DNA of 64,000 nucleotides, from positions 11,998 to 75,997 of the forward strand of contig JBBSVU010000016.1 of the NCBI GenBank assembly GCA_038046645.1, read 5' to 3'. Of this stretch, positions 48,474 through 59,400 are shown piece after piece; position 1 is the first letter of the stretch; every line of letters begins with the position of its first letter. Made by a program: the position numbers and the translations under genes. The notes beneath the pieces are model-generated. The model was not told where the DNA came from. It did not search any database and saw only the letters and a list, made by a program, of their open reading frames with translations. Source of the DNA: an archaeon (GTDB lineage: Archaea > Iainarchaeota > Iainarchaeia > Iainarchaeales > 0-14-0-20-34-12).

Positions 48474-49415
48474 TCACTGTAAATCCACAAATTCTTCTGC
48501 ATTTACCTTGTTTTTGATTAGGTTTATTTCAAGCAGGAAATCTGCCTTTGCCTGTATATCTTCTAACTCTTTCTTCCCGATCTTTGCTTGGAAATTGTGC
48601 TTTGGCCATGCTTCCTTTACCACTTCTAAAGATATGCCAAGTTCCTTGCTAACTATTTCTTGCGCGTCTTTTTCATTTTCAGCAATCCATTTTTTGGTTT
48701 TTTCAATCTCAGCCAATATTTCTTTGAGTAATTCTGGATTTTTTTGGGCAAATTCATTTCTTACTGCAGTAATGCTCTGGATAAAAGCATCCCCGCCTTT
48801 AATGACTCTTCCTTTTCCTGAAACAGTCTGCTGCTCTACCCATGGAGGCCAGACAGCCCATGCATCTACTTGGTCTGTTTCAAACGCGGCCCTGGCATCT
48901 GGCGGATTCATGTCAATAAGCTCAACATACTTGCTTGATAAACCATTATCTTTGAGTATTTTTGTTACTCCATAGTGTGAGCTTGTGCCGGAAAGGACAG
49001 CAATTTTTTTTCCTTTCAAATCTTTAATTTCTTTTATTTCACTATTTTTATGCACCAATATTTCCTGCACAAGGCTTACTTCAATGCCTTTTATTGCAAT
49101 GTCCATTCCTGCAGCTTTCCCAATTATTGCCGGTGCTTCTGCCTCAAACACAATGTCAATATTCCCAGTTGCAAAGCTTTCATTTATTGCTGCTAATGAT
49201 TGAAATTCTGCATAATCTATTTCTTTGCCATATTTTTTTGCTATATCTTTAAACCAACCTTTGTTTTTTGCTATAATATAAGGGGCATAATCCACAGCCC
49301 TTGAAAAGCTGCCTATTCCAATTTTTTCATTATCCTGTTTTTGAGGGGATTGCATAATGCAGCCGCTCATTACTATTAGAAGTAATACCAACAATGCGCT
49401 AATTAATCTCTCCAT
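48474..49415 (-). CDS. ssuA: SsuA/NMT1-type substrate-binding lipoprotein
   Basis: Lipobox MSGC; DLKGKKIAV..GTSSH, DAWAVWPP. Confidence 0.8.
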   Translation of the reverse strand: MERLISALLVLLLIVMSGCIMQSPQKQDNEKIGIGSFSRAVDYAPYIIAKNKGWFKDIAKKYGKEIDYAEFQSLAAINESFATGNIDIVFEAEAPAIIGKAAGMDIAIKGIEVSLVQEILVHKNSEIKEIKDLKGKKIAVLSGTSSHYGVTKILKDNGLSSKYVELIDMNPPDARAAFETDQVDAWAVWPPWVEQQTVSGKGRVIKGGDAFIQSITAVRNEFAQKNPELLKEILAEIEKTKKWIAENEKDAQEIVSKELGISLEVVKEAWPKHNFQAKIGKKELEDIQAKADFLLEINLIKNKVNAEEFVDLQ

Positions 49416-49539
49416 TTTTGTTGCCTCCATTCTTTTTAATATAGTCAATCCTTCTTTTGCATCTTGGGCATTCTTTTGGATTTCTTGCCCTTTTTATCCA
49501 TTCATATTTGCAGTAAGGGCATAGTTTTTGTCTGCTCAT
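49399..49539 (-). CDS. 46-aa Zn-ribbon microprotein
   Basis: CPYCKYEWIKRARNPKECPRCK; first gene of the ABC operon. Confidence 0.65.
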   Translation of the reverse strand: MSRQKLCPYCKYEWIKRARNPKECPRCKRRIDYIKKNGGNKNGEIN

Positions 49540-49625
49540 AATAATAGTAGTATTAAACTGGTTTATGGTCTTGTGTGGTATTGTAAAACACCACATATTT
49601 AAATATTTGGGCTCTTTAGATAATT

Positions 49626-50381
49626 ATGGAACTTTCTGAGCTAAAAGAAATAGGGTTAAGCGACGGCGAAGTAAAGGTTTATACTGCTGTTTTGGAATTA
49701 GGCATAGCATCAATTAACAAGATTCATGAAAAGGTTGGCATTGAGCGGAGAAACATCTATGATATTCTCAATAAACTGATTGAAAAAGGCCTTGTTAGCT
49801 ATACCCTCGAAAAACAGGTTAAGGTGTATCAGTGTACATATCCAGGCAAAATAGCCGAGGAGATAAAGAAAAAGCAACTCTCCTTAAAAGAGCTTGAAAA
49901 GAAAATTCCGCAGGTTAAAAGTTTATTTAATGCTTCAAAGCCAGAGATAAGGGCAGAGGTTTATAGAGGAAATGAGGGCATAAAGGCACTTTTAGATGAG
50001 GTTATTGAATATAAAGAATCTTTTTGGCTTGGCGGGAACAGCTTTGAGGAATATACTGCAGTGCCAAAAAGCTTGGAGATTTGGTGGGAACACTGGATGA
50101 AAAGAAGAGTAGAAAATAAACATGTGATGCATGATTTGGTAAGTTATGGAACACATTTGCGAGGTTTAGAACCCTGGAAAAAAGAAAAGCATAAGAAGAA
50201 TTATTATAAGTATTGTGCCTTGCCAAAAGGCATGCGTTCCCCGCTTGTAATAATCCTATTTGGAACTAAAGTTGCCCAAATTATCTGGGGAAAGCAATCA
50301 TTTGCCTTTGTGTTGGAATCTGAAAAAGTCAGAGACAGTTTTATGAAGTACTTTAATTATTTCTGGAAAAAGCCTTGGTAA
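49626..50381 (+). CDS. TrmB family transcriptional regulator
   Basis: IGLSDGEVKVY..RRNIYDILNKLIEKGLV; TGTGGT-N10-ACCACA IR at 49574-49595 beside the TATA box. Confidence 0.88.
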   Translation: MELSELKEIGLSDGEVKVYTAVLELGIASINKIHEKVGIERRNIYDILNKLIEKGLVSYTLEKQVKVYQCTYPGKIAEEIKKKQLSLKELEKKIPQVKSLFNASKPEIRAEVYRGNEGIKALLDEVIEYKESFWLGGNSFEEYTAVPKSLEIWWEHWMKRRVENKHVMHDLVSYGTHLRGLEPWKKEKHKKNYYKYCALPKGMRSPLVIILFGTKVAQIIWGKQSFAFVLESEKVRDSFMKYFNYFWKKPW

Positions 50382-51650
50382 CTATACTTTGTCTTCTTCT
50401 ATGAGCCACTTCCAGAGTTTTTTATATGTTATCCTTTTCCCAGCTATATTTTCCTTAGCCTCATAATCTCTTGTAATTACAATCAATTCCTTCTTTTTCC
50501 CATCTAAGCCAAATTCTTTTGCAGCTTCAATCAATGCTTTAAGTTCACGATCTTTTGTTCTTTTATTGTCCAAAGCATATGTGACCTGCATGAGTTTCTT
50601 GACAGTTAACCCCTGTCTTATCACGAAATCTACTTCAAGATTCCCAGCTGATTTATAATATGAAATTTGTCCTAAAGGGTTGAGTTTTCTTCTAAGTTGA
50701 ATAAATACAGCATTTTCATACAGTTTTCCTAAATCTTTTTTTCCTCTTGATGCATAAAAGAATCCAGTATCGCCAAAGTAAACTTTTCTTGGGTAGAGTG
50801 ATTCGTCTTTTATTTTTGTTGAGAAAACTGGCACAAAAAAAGAAAGATAAGCAGTTTCAAATAACTGTTCCAGCTCAAGCAGTGTGCTTTTGCTTATTTT
50901 ATGGCCTATGCTTTTCATGACATTCTCTGATTTAGTTGCCGAAAAAAACGTTGTCCCTATAAGTTGTGCTGAAAAATCAGATACTGTTTTTAGCGGAACT
51001 GTTGAAAGAGCAGCTATGTCCAAAGAAATTATGGAATTCATATATTCTTGGATAGTACTAACCTTGTTTTCTGATAAAGCAATTTCAGGGAATCCTCCAT
51101 ATACTAAAAATTCTTCTAAAGCATGCTCTACCTTTCCTATTTCCCTAGTTGTTTCTGGCAATTTTATATTTTTAAATTCTAGAAATTCTTTAAATGAAAG
51201 CGGAAAAAGTTCAAAGTATGAAATTCTGCCGCGCAATGCTTTTGGCGGAAATCTTGATAATTTATTGAGTGATGAGGTTGTTATTATGTGTACATTTTTC
51301 ATTTCATTTATTCTATGTAGCCAGTGTTCCCAGTCCTTTGTAGTAGTAACCTCATCTAACAACAGCCATTCTGCATCTGGTGTTTGTTTAAGAATTGTAT
51401 CTAATGCTTGAGGAATCTGCAACCTATTATCTTCAAGATTTGCATACGAGGATTTTTTCCCAAGCGATATTAATTTTTTATATGTAAGCATTAGAACAGA
51501 GCTTTTTCCAGCCCTTCTTATTCCAGTAATTGACACAATCCTATTTTTAGATTCGGCTATTGCTTTATCTATGTTGAATATTCTGTCTTTAAGGGGCTTA
51601 TTGATTGCAGTGTTTTGCCATTCAATAAGAGTATCTTTTATATCGTCCAT
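50382..51650 (-). CDS. AAA_14 ATPase with DUF4143 (PD-(D/E)xK-like) C-terminus
   Basis: GIRRAGKS, LLDEV, YGGFPE, KVYFGDTG, YENAV, EVDFV. Confidence 0.9.
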   Translation of the reverse strand: MDDIKDTLIEWQNTAINKPLKDRIFNIDKAIAESKNRIVSITGIRRAGKSSVLMLTYKKLISLGKKSSYANLEDNRLQIPQALDTILKQTPDAEWLLLDEVTTTKDWEHWLHRINEMKNVHIITTSSLNKLSRFPPKALRGRISYFELFPLSFKEFLEFKNIKLPETTREIGKVEHALEEFLVYGGFPEIALSENKVSTIQEYMNSIISLDIAALSTVPLKTVSDFSAQLIGTTFFSATKSENVMKSIGHKISKSTLLELEQLFETAYLSFFVPVFSTKIKDESLYPRKVYFGDTGFFYASRGKKDLGKLYENAVFIQLRRKLNPLGQISYYKSAGNLEVDFVIRQGLTVKKLMQVTYALDNKRTKDRELKALIEAAKEFGLDGKKKELIVITRDYEAKENIAGKRITYKKLWKWLIEEDKV

Positions 51651-51652
51651 AA

Positions 51653-51703
51653 TCGTTTTATTGCAAAACGATTTTTTAAATATATCGTTTTCTCATAAAA
51701 CGA
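51653..51703. promoter_or_regulatory. Twin operators flanking the TATA box of the AAA-DUF4143 gene
   Basis: TCGTTTT-N5-AAAACGA at 51653-51671 and 51685-51703. Confidence 0.6.
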
Positions 51704-51741
51704 ATAAATTTAGGGTTTTGGCACTATCTCTCAGTAATTAA

Positions 51742-51777
51742 TAAAAAAAGAAGAAAAGCAGCATTTGCTGCTTTCTT
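51742..51777 (-). terminator. Hairpin plus T-tract terminator of hppA
   Basis: AAAGCAGCA-TT-TGCTGCTTT stem followed by a T-rich run on the minus strand. Confidence 0.6.
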
Positions 51778-51797
51778 AAATCTTAATTAAAATTTCT

Positions 51798-53765
51798 TCA
51801 GATCAAATTCAATGCTATTGCTGTCAGCAATGGCGCAAACACCAATGCAACTGTGTTCAATACTTTGATCAAAGAATTTAATGCAGGTCCTGCTGTATCC
51901 TTGAATGGATCTCCAACTGTATCCCCTACGACAGCTGCTTTATGTGCATCTGAACCTTTTCCTCCAAATGCTCCTTGTTCAATGTATTTCTTTGCATTGT
52001 CCCATGCTGCTCCGCCTGTGCACATTGTTAATGCAAGCAAAAAGCCTGAAACAATTGAACCTGCAAGCAATCCTGCAACAGCCTGCACACCGAACAAATA
52101 GCCAACAACAATCGGGCTGAATACAGCAATAATTCCTGGAATCATTAATTCTTTCAATGCTGCCTGTGTGCTAATATCTACACAGCGCGCATAATCCGGT
52201 TTTGCTTTTCCTTCCATGATTCCTTTTATTTCTTTAAATTGTCTTCTTACTTCTTCAACAATTGCAAATGCTGCCCTTCCTACTGCGCCCATCAAGTATG
52301 AAGCAAACAGGAAAGGAAGCAATGCTCCAATGAATAACCCAATTGTTACTGCAGGATCTAAAAGATTTATCATGGTTAATTTTGCTTCTGCAGAAAATGC
52401 AGCAAAAAGAGCTAATGCTGATAATGCTGCCCCTGTTATGGCAAATCCTTTTGTTGTTGCTTTAGTTGTATTTCCTGCTGCATCAAGTAAATCTGTTACT
52501 TCTCTTACCTTTGCAGACATATTGCTCATTTCTGCTATTCCACCAGCATTATCTGTTATTGGGCCGTATGCATCCAAAGCAATAATTATTCCTGTAAAGG
52601 ATAACATTGCTGCTGCAGCTAATGCTACACCATATAATCCTGCTAAACTATATGAAACGCCTATTGCTATTACAATCAAAATTGCAGGCAATGCAGTGCT
52701 TTTTAATCCTACAGCCAATCCGCTGATTAAATTTGTTCCTGCCCCTGTTTTTGATGCTTCCGCAATTCCTTTTACTGGCTTGTATTTTCCATCCGTATAA
52801 TATTCTGTAATAAGGCTAATCAATACTGTTGTTAATGCTCCTACTATATACACATAAAATAGATTCATGTTCCAGCTTGCTACAAAATATGCGAAAATAA
52901 TTCCCAGAATTACTGAAACAAAGACTCCCATATACAATTGCCTTACTGCATTTTCCTTAGTTTTCACATTTATGAAAAATGTCCCAATCGCATTTGCAAT
53001 TGCAGTTACTCCTGCAAAAGTTAATGGCAGTAAAACATATTCTGTCCCTAACGTTACTCCAAGCAACATTGCCGCAATGATTGTTACAACATAGCTCTCA
53101 AATAAATCAGCCGCCATTCCTGCACAATCCCCAACATTGTCCCCAACATTATCTGCAATTACAGCAGGATTTCTTGGGTCGTCTTCTGGAATTCCCTTTT
53201 CTATCTTTCCAACCAAATCAGCACCAACATCTGCAGCCTTAGTATAAATTCCGCCGCCAACCCTTGCGAACAAACTCATTAAGGAAGCACCAAATCCAAA
53301 TCCTATTAATACTCCTAAATTATTGAAAATAACATAAAGTGCTGCAACCCCAATTAATCCTAAACCAGTTAAAACCATTCCAGTAACTGTCCCTCCCCTG
53401 ATTGATAATTTTACCGCTTCATTTAAACCTTTTTCAGCAGCTTGCGCAGTTCTTACATTTGCCCTTACTGAAATCATCATTCCTAAATAACCGGCAAATC
53501 CAGAACATAAAACCCCTAATACAAAAGCAAAAGCCATATTTGTATTCAAAAATACTGCAATTACAATTGCCAATAATACCACAAATATTGCCAATGTTTT
53601 GTACTGCCTCATTAAATATGCTTTAGCCCCATCTTGGATTGCTGAAGCAATTGCCTTCATTTTTTCATTTCCCTGTTCCTGCTTCATAATCCAAAAAATT
53701 AGATATGCCGCAAATAAGAGTACCAGAAAACCTGTACCTATTGCTATTGATATTGCATCAAACAT
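51798..53765 (-). CDS. hppA: Membrane ion-translocating pyrophosphatase, likely K+-independent H+-PPase
   Basis: [26 protein letters not shown] (Lys at the K+-determinant position), [10 protein letters not shown]. Confidence 0.95.
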   Translation of the reverse strand: MFDAISIAIGTGFLVLLFAAYLIFWIMKQEQGNEKMKAIASAIQDGAKAYLMRQYKTLAIFVVLLAIVIAVFLNTNMAFAFVLGVLCSGFAGYLGMMISVRANVRTAQAAEKGLNEAVKLSIRGGTVTGMVLTGLGLIGVAALYVIFNNLGVLIGFGFGASLMSLFARVGGGIYTKAADVGADLVGKIEKGIPEDDPRNPAVIADNVGDNVGDCAGMAADLFESYVVTIIAAMLLGVTLGTEYVLLPLTFAGVTAIANAIGTFFINVKTKENAVRQLYMGVFVSVILGIIFAYFVASWNMNLFYVYIVGALTTVLISLITEYYTDGKYKPVKGIAEASKTGAGTNLISGLAVGLKSTALPAILIVIAIGVSYSLAGLYGVALAAAAMLSFTGIIIALDAYGPITDNAGGIAEMSNMSAKVREVTDLLDAAGNTTKATTKGFAITGAALSALALFAAFSAEAKLTMINLLDPAVTIGLFIGALLPFLFASYLMGAVGRAAFAIVEEVRRQFKEIKGIMEGKAKPDYARCVDISTQAALKELMIPGIIAVFSPIVVGYLFGVQAVAGLLAGSIVSGFLLALTMCTGGAAWDNAKKYIEQGAFGGKGSDAHKAAVVGDTVGDPFKDTAGPALNSLIKVLNTVALVFAPLLTAIALNLI

Positions 53766-53986
53766 TCTTCAAAACCCCCACTATACTTTATTAAATTATT
53801 AAATATTTTATCTATTCAACCTGCAAATGTTTAAAAGGTTTATTTTTAGGCAAAATCAGCAGATTTTGCAACATTAAAAAATCTTTGATTTTTTACTTTT
53901 GTTGAAATTTGTGGAGTAATCGGATTTAGTATGCAAAAGTTCAGTATACGAAACAGTTAAAATTACTTATACGTCAACATGATTAT

Positions 53987-54448
53987 ATGAAACCATTATT
54001 ATCTAGAAGAGCCACAACTGATAGAAGAAGGAAAGCTAAGGGGCCTGCTTCTCGCAGCATTTTTACTAGATTAGGAAGAAATCGATTTGGTTTACGTTCA
54101 CAAAAAGAAGGCGGTTTTTATTCCAAGCTTTTTTCACAAAGGCAGCATATGGGAGGCACAGCTTTGGCAAGGGGTACTTTAGCTTATCAATTGAGGAATT
54201 TGCTTAATGTCAGAGAAGAAGATACTATCCATCTAGCTATACCTACTTTTCACGATCCCACATACCAGGAGCCTGAAAGAAAGAATTTGGCAATAATAAG
54301 TGTCTATGATTCTAATGCAATGGCGAGAGAAGTGAAAGGAGGTCTTGTAATAAACCGTGCAATAGGTCCAAGATATTTCCCAGTGCTTAAATCTAAAAAT
54401 CCAAAATTATTTAATGCTATTGTGGATTATTTTCGCAAGAGACAATAA
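53987..54448 (+). CDS. Basic orphan protein, LNVRxxD family copy 3
   Basis: RRKAKGPASRSI..RNRFG..LLNVREED..GPRYF. Confidence 0.7.
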   Translation: MKPLLSRRATTDRRRKAKGPASRSIFTRLGRNRFGLRSQKEGGFYSKLFSQRQHMGGTALARGTLAYQLRNLLNVREEDTIHLAIPTFHDPTYQEPERKNLAIISVYDSNAMAREVKGGLVINRAIGPRYFPVLKSKNPKLFNAIVDYFRKRQ

Positions 54449-54470
54449 AGTTTACAGTTGCCCATACGTT

Positions 54471-55250
54471 TTATTCTTCAGCCCATTCCTGTTTTGAATA
54501 TTCATTCAATGATTCATGCCATCTTTTTGTTGCTCCGTGATATTCTTTGAATGCTTCAATTTCTTCTGGTTTCATGCGATGTTCTTCAGTATTAATTAAT
54601 CTTCTATCCCTAAAATATTCTATTGTCACTAAACCAGCAGATGAAATGCTGACTTTCTCACCGTAAATAGCATTGCTCACTGGATATTCCCGCATTTCTC
54701 CAAAAAAAGGTTTTCTTCTAATAAGTACTCGGCCTATTGTGTCTGATAATTGCCTTAATGTTTTTGGCCTTGTATTATCAACAAGCCTTTTCAAGTCTGA
54801 ACCTTCAATTATTCTTTCGCATTCCCCTAAAACCTTTCTTCTTTCTCCAGTTAATCTGCTTATTTGTTTTAATTTAGGTATTCTTGCTCGTTCAGCATCT
54901 AACCCAGTTAACACAATTACAGATCCATCTTTCTTAATTAATTTAACTTCTTTTGGTTGGTAATCCCTTGAATGATAATCTATGCGCCTTTTTTCCATTT
55001 CCTGAACCACTGCGCTTAATCCTCCTTTTCTAACTTCTCGCATTATTTTTCTATTATCTGCCCTTCTGTGCTCTGGCCATAAACCTCTTCTTTTTGCTTC
55101 TTCCCTAGTTAGTATAAGATGTTCATTTGCTGCTCTTTGCGCTTCACGGGAATTTCTTACACTTGCCCTTACTGCGCTTGCAACTGCTGCAATTTTTTTA
55201 CCTGCAGCCCTAAATCCCTGGCCAATTCTCCTAAAATTAGGTTTTCTCAT
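54471..55250 (-). CDS. Basic hypothetical protein
   Basis: Long Arg/Lys-rich ORF; no motif recognised. Confidence 0.65.
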   Translation of the reverse strand: MRKPNFRRIGQGFRAAGKKIAAVASAVRASVRNSREAQRAANEHLILTREEAKRRGLWPEHRRADNRKIMREVRKGGLSAVVQEMEKRRIDYHSRDYQPKEVKLIKKDGSVIVLTGLDAERARIPKLKQISRLTGERRKVLGECERIIEGSDLKRLVDNTRPKTLRQLSDTIGRVLIRRKPFFGEMREYPVSNAIYGEKVSISSAGLVTIEYFRDRRLINTEEHRMKPEEIEAFKEYHGATKRWHESLNEYSKQEWAEE

Positions 55251-55348
55251 AATAATATATTTCACCAAAAGCCTTTTTATTGGCTTTTATCCTTCTTAAT
55301 TGCATGAGTTCCTTTTCTATTTTAGGTTTAACTCACAAGTGCCATAAA

Positions 55349-56170
55349 TTGCCAAAAGAAAAGAAGGGCAATTGCACTAGCAGCCCAAGCGATGTGAAAC
55401 ATTTAGCAGAAAGAAAACCAGACAGCCACAAAGGGCAGAATGGAATTGTTCTGTGCATTGTTGGCTCAAAGCAATATCACGGAGCGGCAGTATTTGCTGC
55501 AAAAACCGCTTCCTTGTTTGTTGATTTGATTTATGTTCTATCAGAAAAGGAAAATCTCCCAATTTTGAAAAAGGCTTCTCTGGAATTTATTGTTTCTGAA
55601 TTAACTTTAAAAAATGCAAGAAAATTTGCTGAAAAAGCTGATTCTATTTTAATCGGCCCAGGTTTGGATGCAAATAATGAAGATAAAAAAATCATTAATT
55701 ATTTGTTAAAAAATTTCAGACATAAAAAATTCATTTTGGATGCTTCCGCACTTTGCCTTGCTGACAAAAAATTGCTGTCCAAGAATTGTGTCCTTACTCC
55801 GCATGCTGCAGAATTTAAAAAAATGTTTAAAGCAGAAGCAACTGCAGAAAATGCCAAGAAATTTGCCAAAAAATACAATTGCATTATTGTCCTGAAATCA
55901 AATATTAATATTATTTCAGATGGTAAATCCATTTATCACAATCTCACGGGAAATGCAGGCTTGACAACCGGCGGAACAGGCGATGTCCTTGCTGGAATGC
56001 TTGCTGCATTCGCCTGCAAGAATGATCTGAAGCAGGCTTCCTTGGCTGCAATCTTCCTGAATGGCTTTGCAGGAGATATTTTAAAAGAGCAAAGAGGCTA
56101 TGCTTTCAATGCGGAAAATTTGATGCAGATTCTGCCATTTGCGAAGAAGTTCTGTGAGGATAATTATTAG
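55349..56170 (+). CDS. nnrD: ADP-dependent NAD(P)H-hydrate dehydratase
   Basis: DSHKGQNG, IGPGL, LDASAL, LTPH..EF, GGTGDVLAG; start uncertain. Confidence 0.9.
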   Translation: MPKEKKGNCTSSPSDVKHLAERKPDSHKGQNGIVLCIVGSKQYHGAAVFAAKTASLFVDLIYVLSEKENLPILKKASLEFIVSELTLKNARKFAEKADSILIGPGLDANNEDKKIINYLLKNFRHKKFILDASALCLADKKLLSKNCVLTPHAAEFKKMFKAEATAENAKKFAKKYNCIIVLKSNINIISDGKSIYHNLTGNAGLTTGGTGDVLAGMLAAFACKNDLKQASLAAIFLNGFAGDILKEQRGYAFNAENLMQILPFAKKFCEDNY

Positions 56171-56173
56171 CTA

Positions 56174-56395
56174 TAGCAAATGACAAAAAAATAATTGACC
56201 AACTCAATGTCATTTGCTATCTAGTAAACGAGATAATATTTGTCCAAAAATTAATGTCGTTTGCTATAGCATAGCTTAAAATATTACTTCTCGCCTATAT
56301 TACTTATAGTAAAGGACAAAAATATTGGAACAAAATAAGTGTCCTTTACGACTAGCAAAAGACAATAAAAGTCTCAAAATTAAAGTCTTTTGCTA
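56174..56395. repeat. Array of four inverted-repeat units TAGYAAANGACA-N19-22-TGTCNTTTRCTA
   Basis: Units at 56174-56219, 56222-56266, 56307-56351 and 56353-56395. Confidence 0.85.
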
Positions 56396-56425
56396 TAAAT
56401 AAAAAAAATAAGATAAAGGCATATA

Positions 56426-59400
56426 ATGGACTATAAAAACAGCATATTTTTCATATCCTTTTTTATTTTATTTTTGTCTCCATTGCTTTTTGCTTCAAAT
56501 GAAACATTTCTTGCTTCAAACAGTTTAAGCCATGAAAATAATTGCACGGATTTTTCAAAAGCAAGCTGCATTTACCCCAAACCAGATGTTGTCCCGCCCG
56601 ACCCCTTCAACCAGCAATTGATTCAAATGCAATTGGATGAGCTTGCTAAGAAAAAGGTGAAGGATTTTTTCAAAAGCGTTGTGCCAGAATTCATGCAAAA
56701 TGAGGCAGAGGATAAAATAAAATCAGAGTATGAAAAAGCGCTTGTAGAGGGATCTGAAGCTGCAGAAAAGGCTTTGTTGAATAAATACCCGCAATATGCA
56801 AATTATATTAAGGGTCTCTCAAAGACTGTCGGGAAAGCAATTACTTGGATAAATATTGCGGCTTCGTTAAAGGATGCTGGCGATGCATTTAACGATTGGG
56901 TTGCGGTGCATTCAAATCCCTATGCAACCTCCCAGGAAAAGCTTGATGCTGATATTGCGTTTTATGACAGTGGTTTTTCCGCATTGTCGGGAATGCTTCC
57001 CCCTGGTTTCAGCCATACGGCTTTAGCAATCACTAAAGCCGGAACAGTTATTTTGCAGGGTTCTTCTGAGAAAGGCCAACTTGAATCACAGCAATGGCAG
57101 GCGCAGCAGGCTCAAAGCAGTGCATCGCTTGCCCAGACAATGCAATCCACTTGGCAAACTTATGGGACAAATACCCAGAACAAGACATTGATTGCAAGCG
57201 TAATGACTGATGATCAACTTGTAGATCATGTTTTAGGCACTGGTGTTGGGCCACAAGGCCAGCCATTGCAGTCTACTCCAGACCCAAGTATTTTGAATTA
57301 TGTTTCTGATGACAAGAAAAAAGATATTGCCAAAAAAATTATCTCAAAAGCCGCTAATGGCCAGCTTTCTCTCACAATGCAGCAAGCAAAGCAGGTGATT
57401 TCACAGTTTCCCATTGGTTCCGGTTTTGTTATAAAGAATTCCCCTTTGTATATGGTAATAACCGACCCTTTTGGAAGGAAATTCGGCGTAAGCCCTAAAA
57501 CACAGGATGTTTTATGCGAAGCGGAAGAGGTGTTTTGCTCTGCTCCTTTCAAAAACGATGAATTGCAGTTAATCTCAACGCCTTCATTGTTTGAGGGAAA
57601 ATATAACATAAAATTGTACGGGTTTGCTGACGGAGAATTCACTTTCTCTTTCACAGCATTTAACACTTCGGAAAAAATTGAATCAATGCAGGATATTAAA
57701 GGTTTCATAAAAAAAGGGCAAATTTTGGAAACCGATATTGAATTAACAAGCATTGGAGAAGAATATGGTGAAGATGGCTTTGAGGTAAGTGAAATAAAGT
57801 TTGAGGAATCTTCTGAAGCCTTTGATGTTCCCAAAAATCCTTTGAATGTTCCATTCAAAGTGCTTTCAATCTCCCCAGGCAATAATTCAATCTTCAGAAC
57901 TGAAAAGCCGATTATTGAAATTGGTTTCAACAAGCCGGTTGCTGAAAATAATTCCCCTGGTTTTGTGACAAACAGCAAGGGGGAAGAGGTTGCAGGCATG
58001 GTGCTGGTTGATAACACAACTTTAAAATTTATCCCTGCAATGCCTTTGCCTGAAGATAAATATTTTATTAAAATATCGGGGATGAAGGATAAATTCGGTG
58101 TCCTGCTTTCCAATGACTTGTCTGCCTCCTTTGAAGTAGTGCGCAGCATTGAAACTGGATTGAAATCTGCGCTTTCCAAACCAATGGTTTACCGCATCAC
58201 GCATAAATTGCACCTAGAGAACAAGGATGATAGTGCAGTCAGTGCAATTAAAATAAAAGTTCCTTTTCCAAAGGATTATGCCCCAAACCAGTTTGTGAAA
58301 TATGAGGGTTCTTCAATTAAGCCGATTGAAACAAGTGAGGATTCTTATGGCAATATCTGGGCTTTGTGGTATATTGATTCCCTGCAAGCAGGCGAGAAAA
58401 AAGAGATAGATTCTAATTTCCTTGTTCTGGTTTTCAATGTTAATTACTTTGATTATGTGGATTTCAATGCATTAACCAAATCATATTATGCAAATGATGA
58501 TTTCCTTTCGCAGTTTGAATGCGTTGAATCTGATGATTCCTTGGTTAAAAGCCAGGCAAAAGAGATTGTTAAAGGTGAAGAAAACCCTTACATTATTGCG
58601 CAGGAAGAATATGCTTGGGTAACTAAAAATATAAAATATCAATATGCCGGGGAGGGTGAGGCAGGCGGTGCGATTAAAACGCTTCAAACAAAAAAAGGAG
58701 TTTGCCATGGTTATTCCTGTTTATACACCGCACTTTTAAGGGCTTCTGATGTGCCTGCAAAATATGCTTCTGTTCTTGCATTGGAAAATAATTCTGCAGA
58801 ATTGCATGCTAGAACTGAATTCCTCCTGCAGGATTATGGCTGGCTTCCTGTGGATTCCACTTGGGGCCTTAATGTAAATGACTGGTTCTTGAATGTAGAA
58901 CCCAGGCAGGTAAGGATGCATGAGCAGTTCCCGCCTTCATATCCATCAGATTGGCTCTCTTATGCAGGGGAAAATTTAGATACTGGTATTGAATTGAATT
59001 ACGGCATCTATGGTGTTTTGGATTATAACAGTTTGTGGAGCAGCGATTTGAAAGCTTTGTATGATGCAGCGCATGCTGTTGATTTCAAAAGGGAACTGCT
59101 TAACCTAATGCCACAGGATATTGACCTTAACCAATCACTAAAGCCAATGTTTATAGCGGATTTGAATAAGGAATTCAACAATGTTTTGGTTGAGTACATT
59201 TATTCCCCAAAACCCTATGCCGAGCTTTCCCGTTCTTTAGATAAAGAGCTTTTGTCTTTGCAGGGTGCTGCTGAGGAATATTTCCAAAATAAGGCAGTGA
59301 AGGGGCAAACAGCAGCATTAAGGGGCAGTACAGAATCAATTTATTCTTCCCTGCTGAATGAGATGCAAGGCCTGCTGGAACAATACTCCGCAGATTTCAA

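Noticed and set aside
56174..56395. Canonical CRISPR array
   Set aside because: Repeats alternate in orientation, arms are only 12 bp, and no cas genes are present; kept as an unexplained array.
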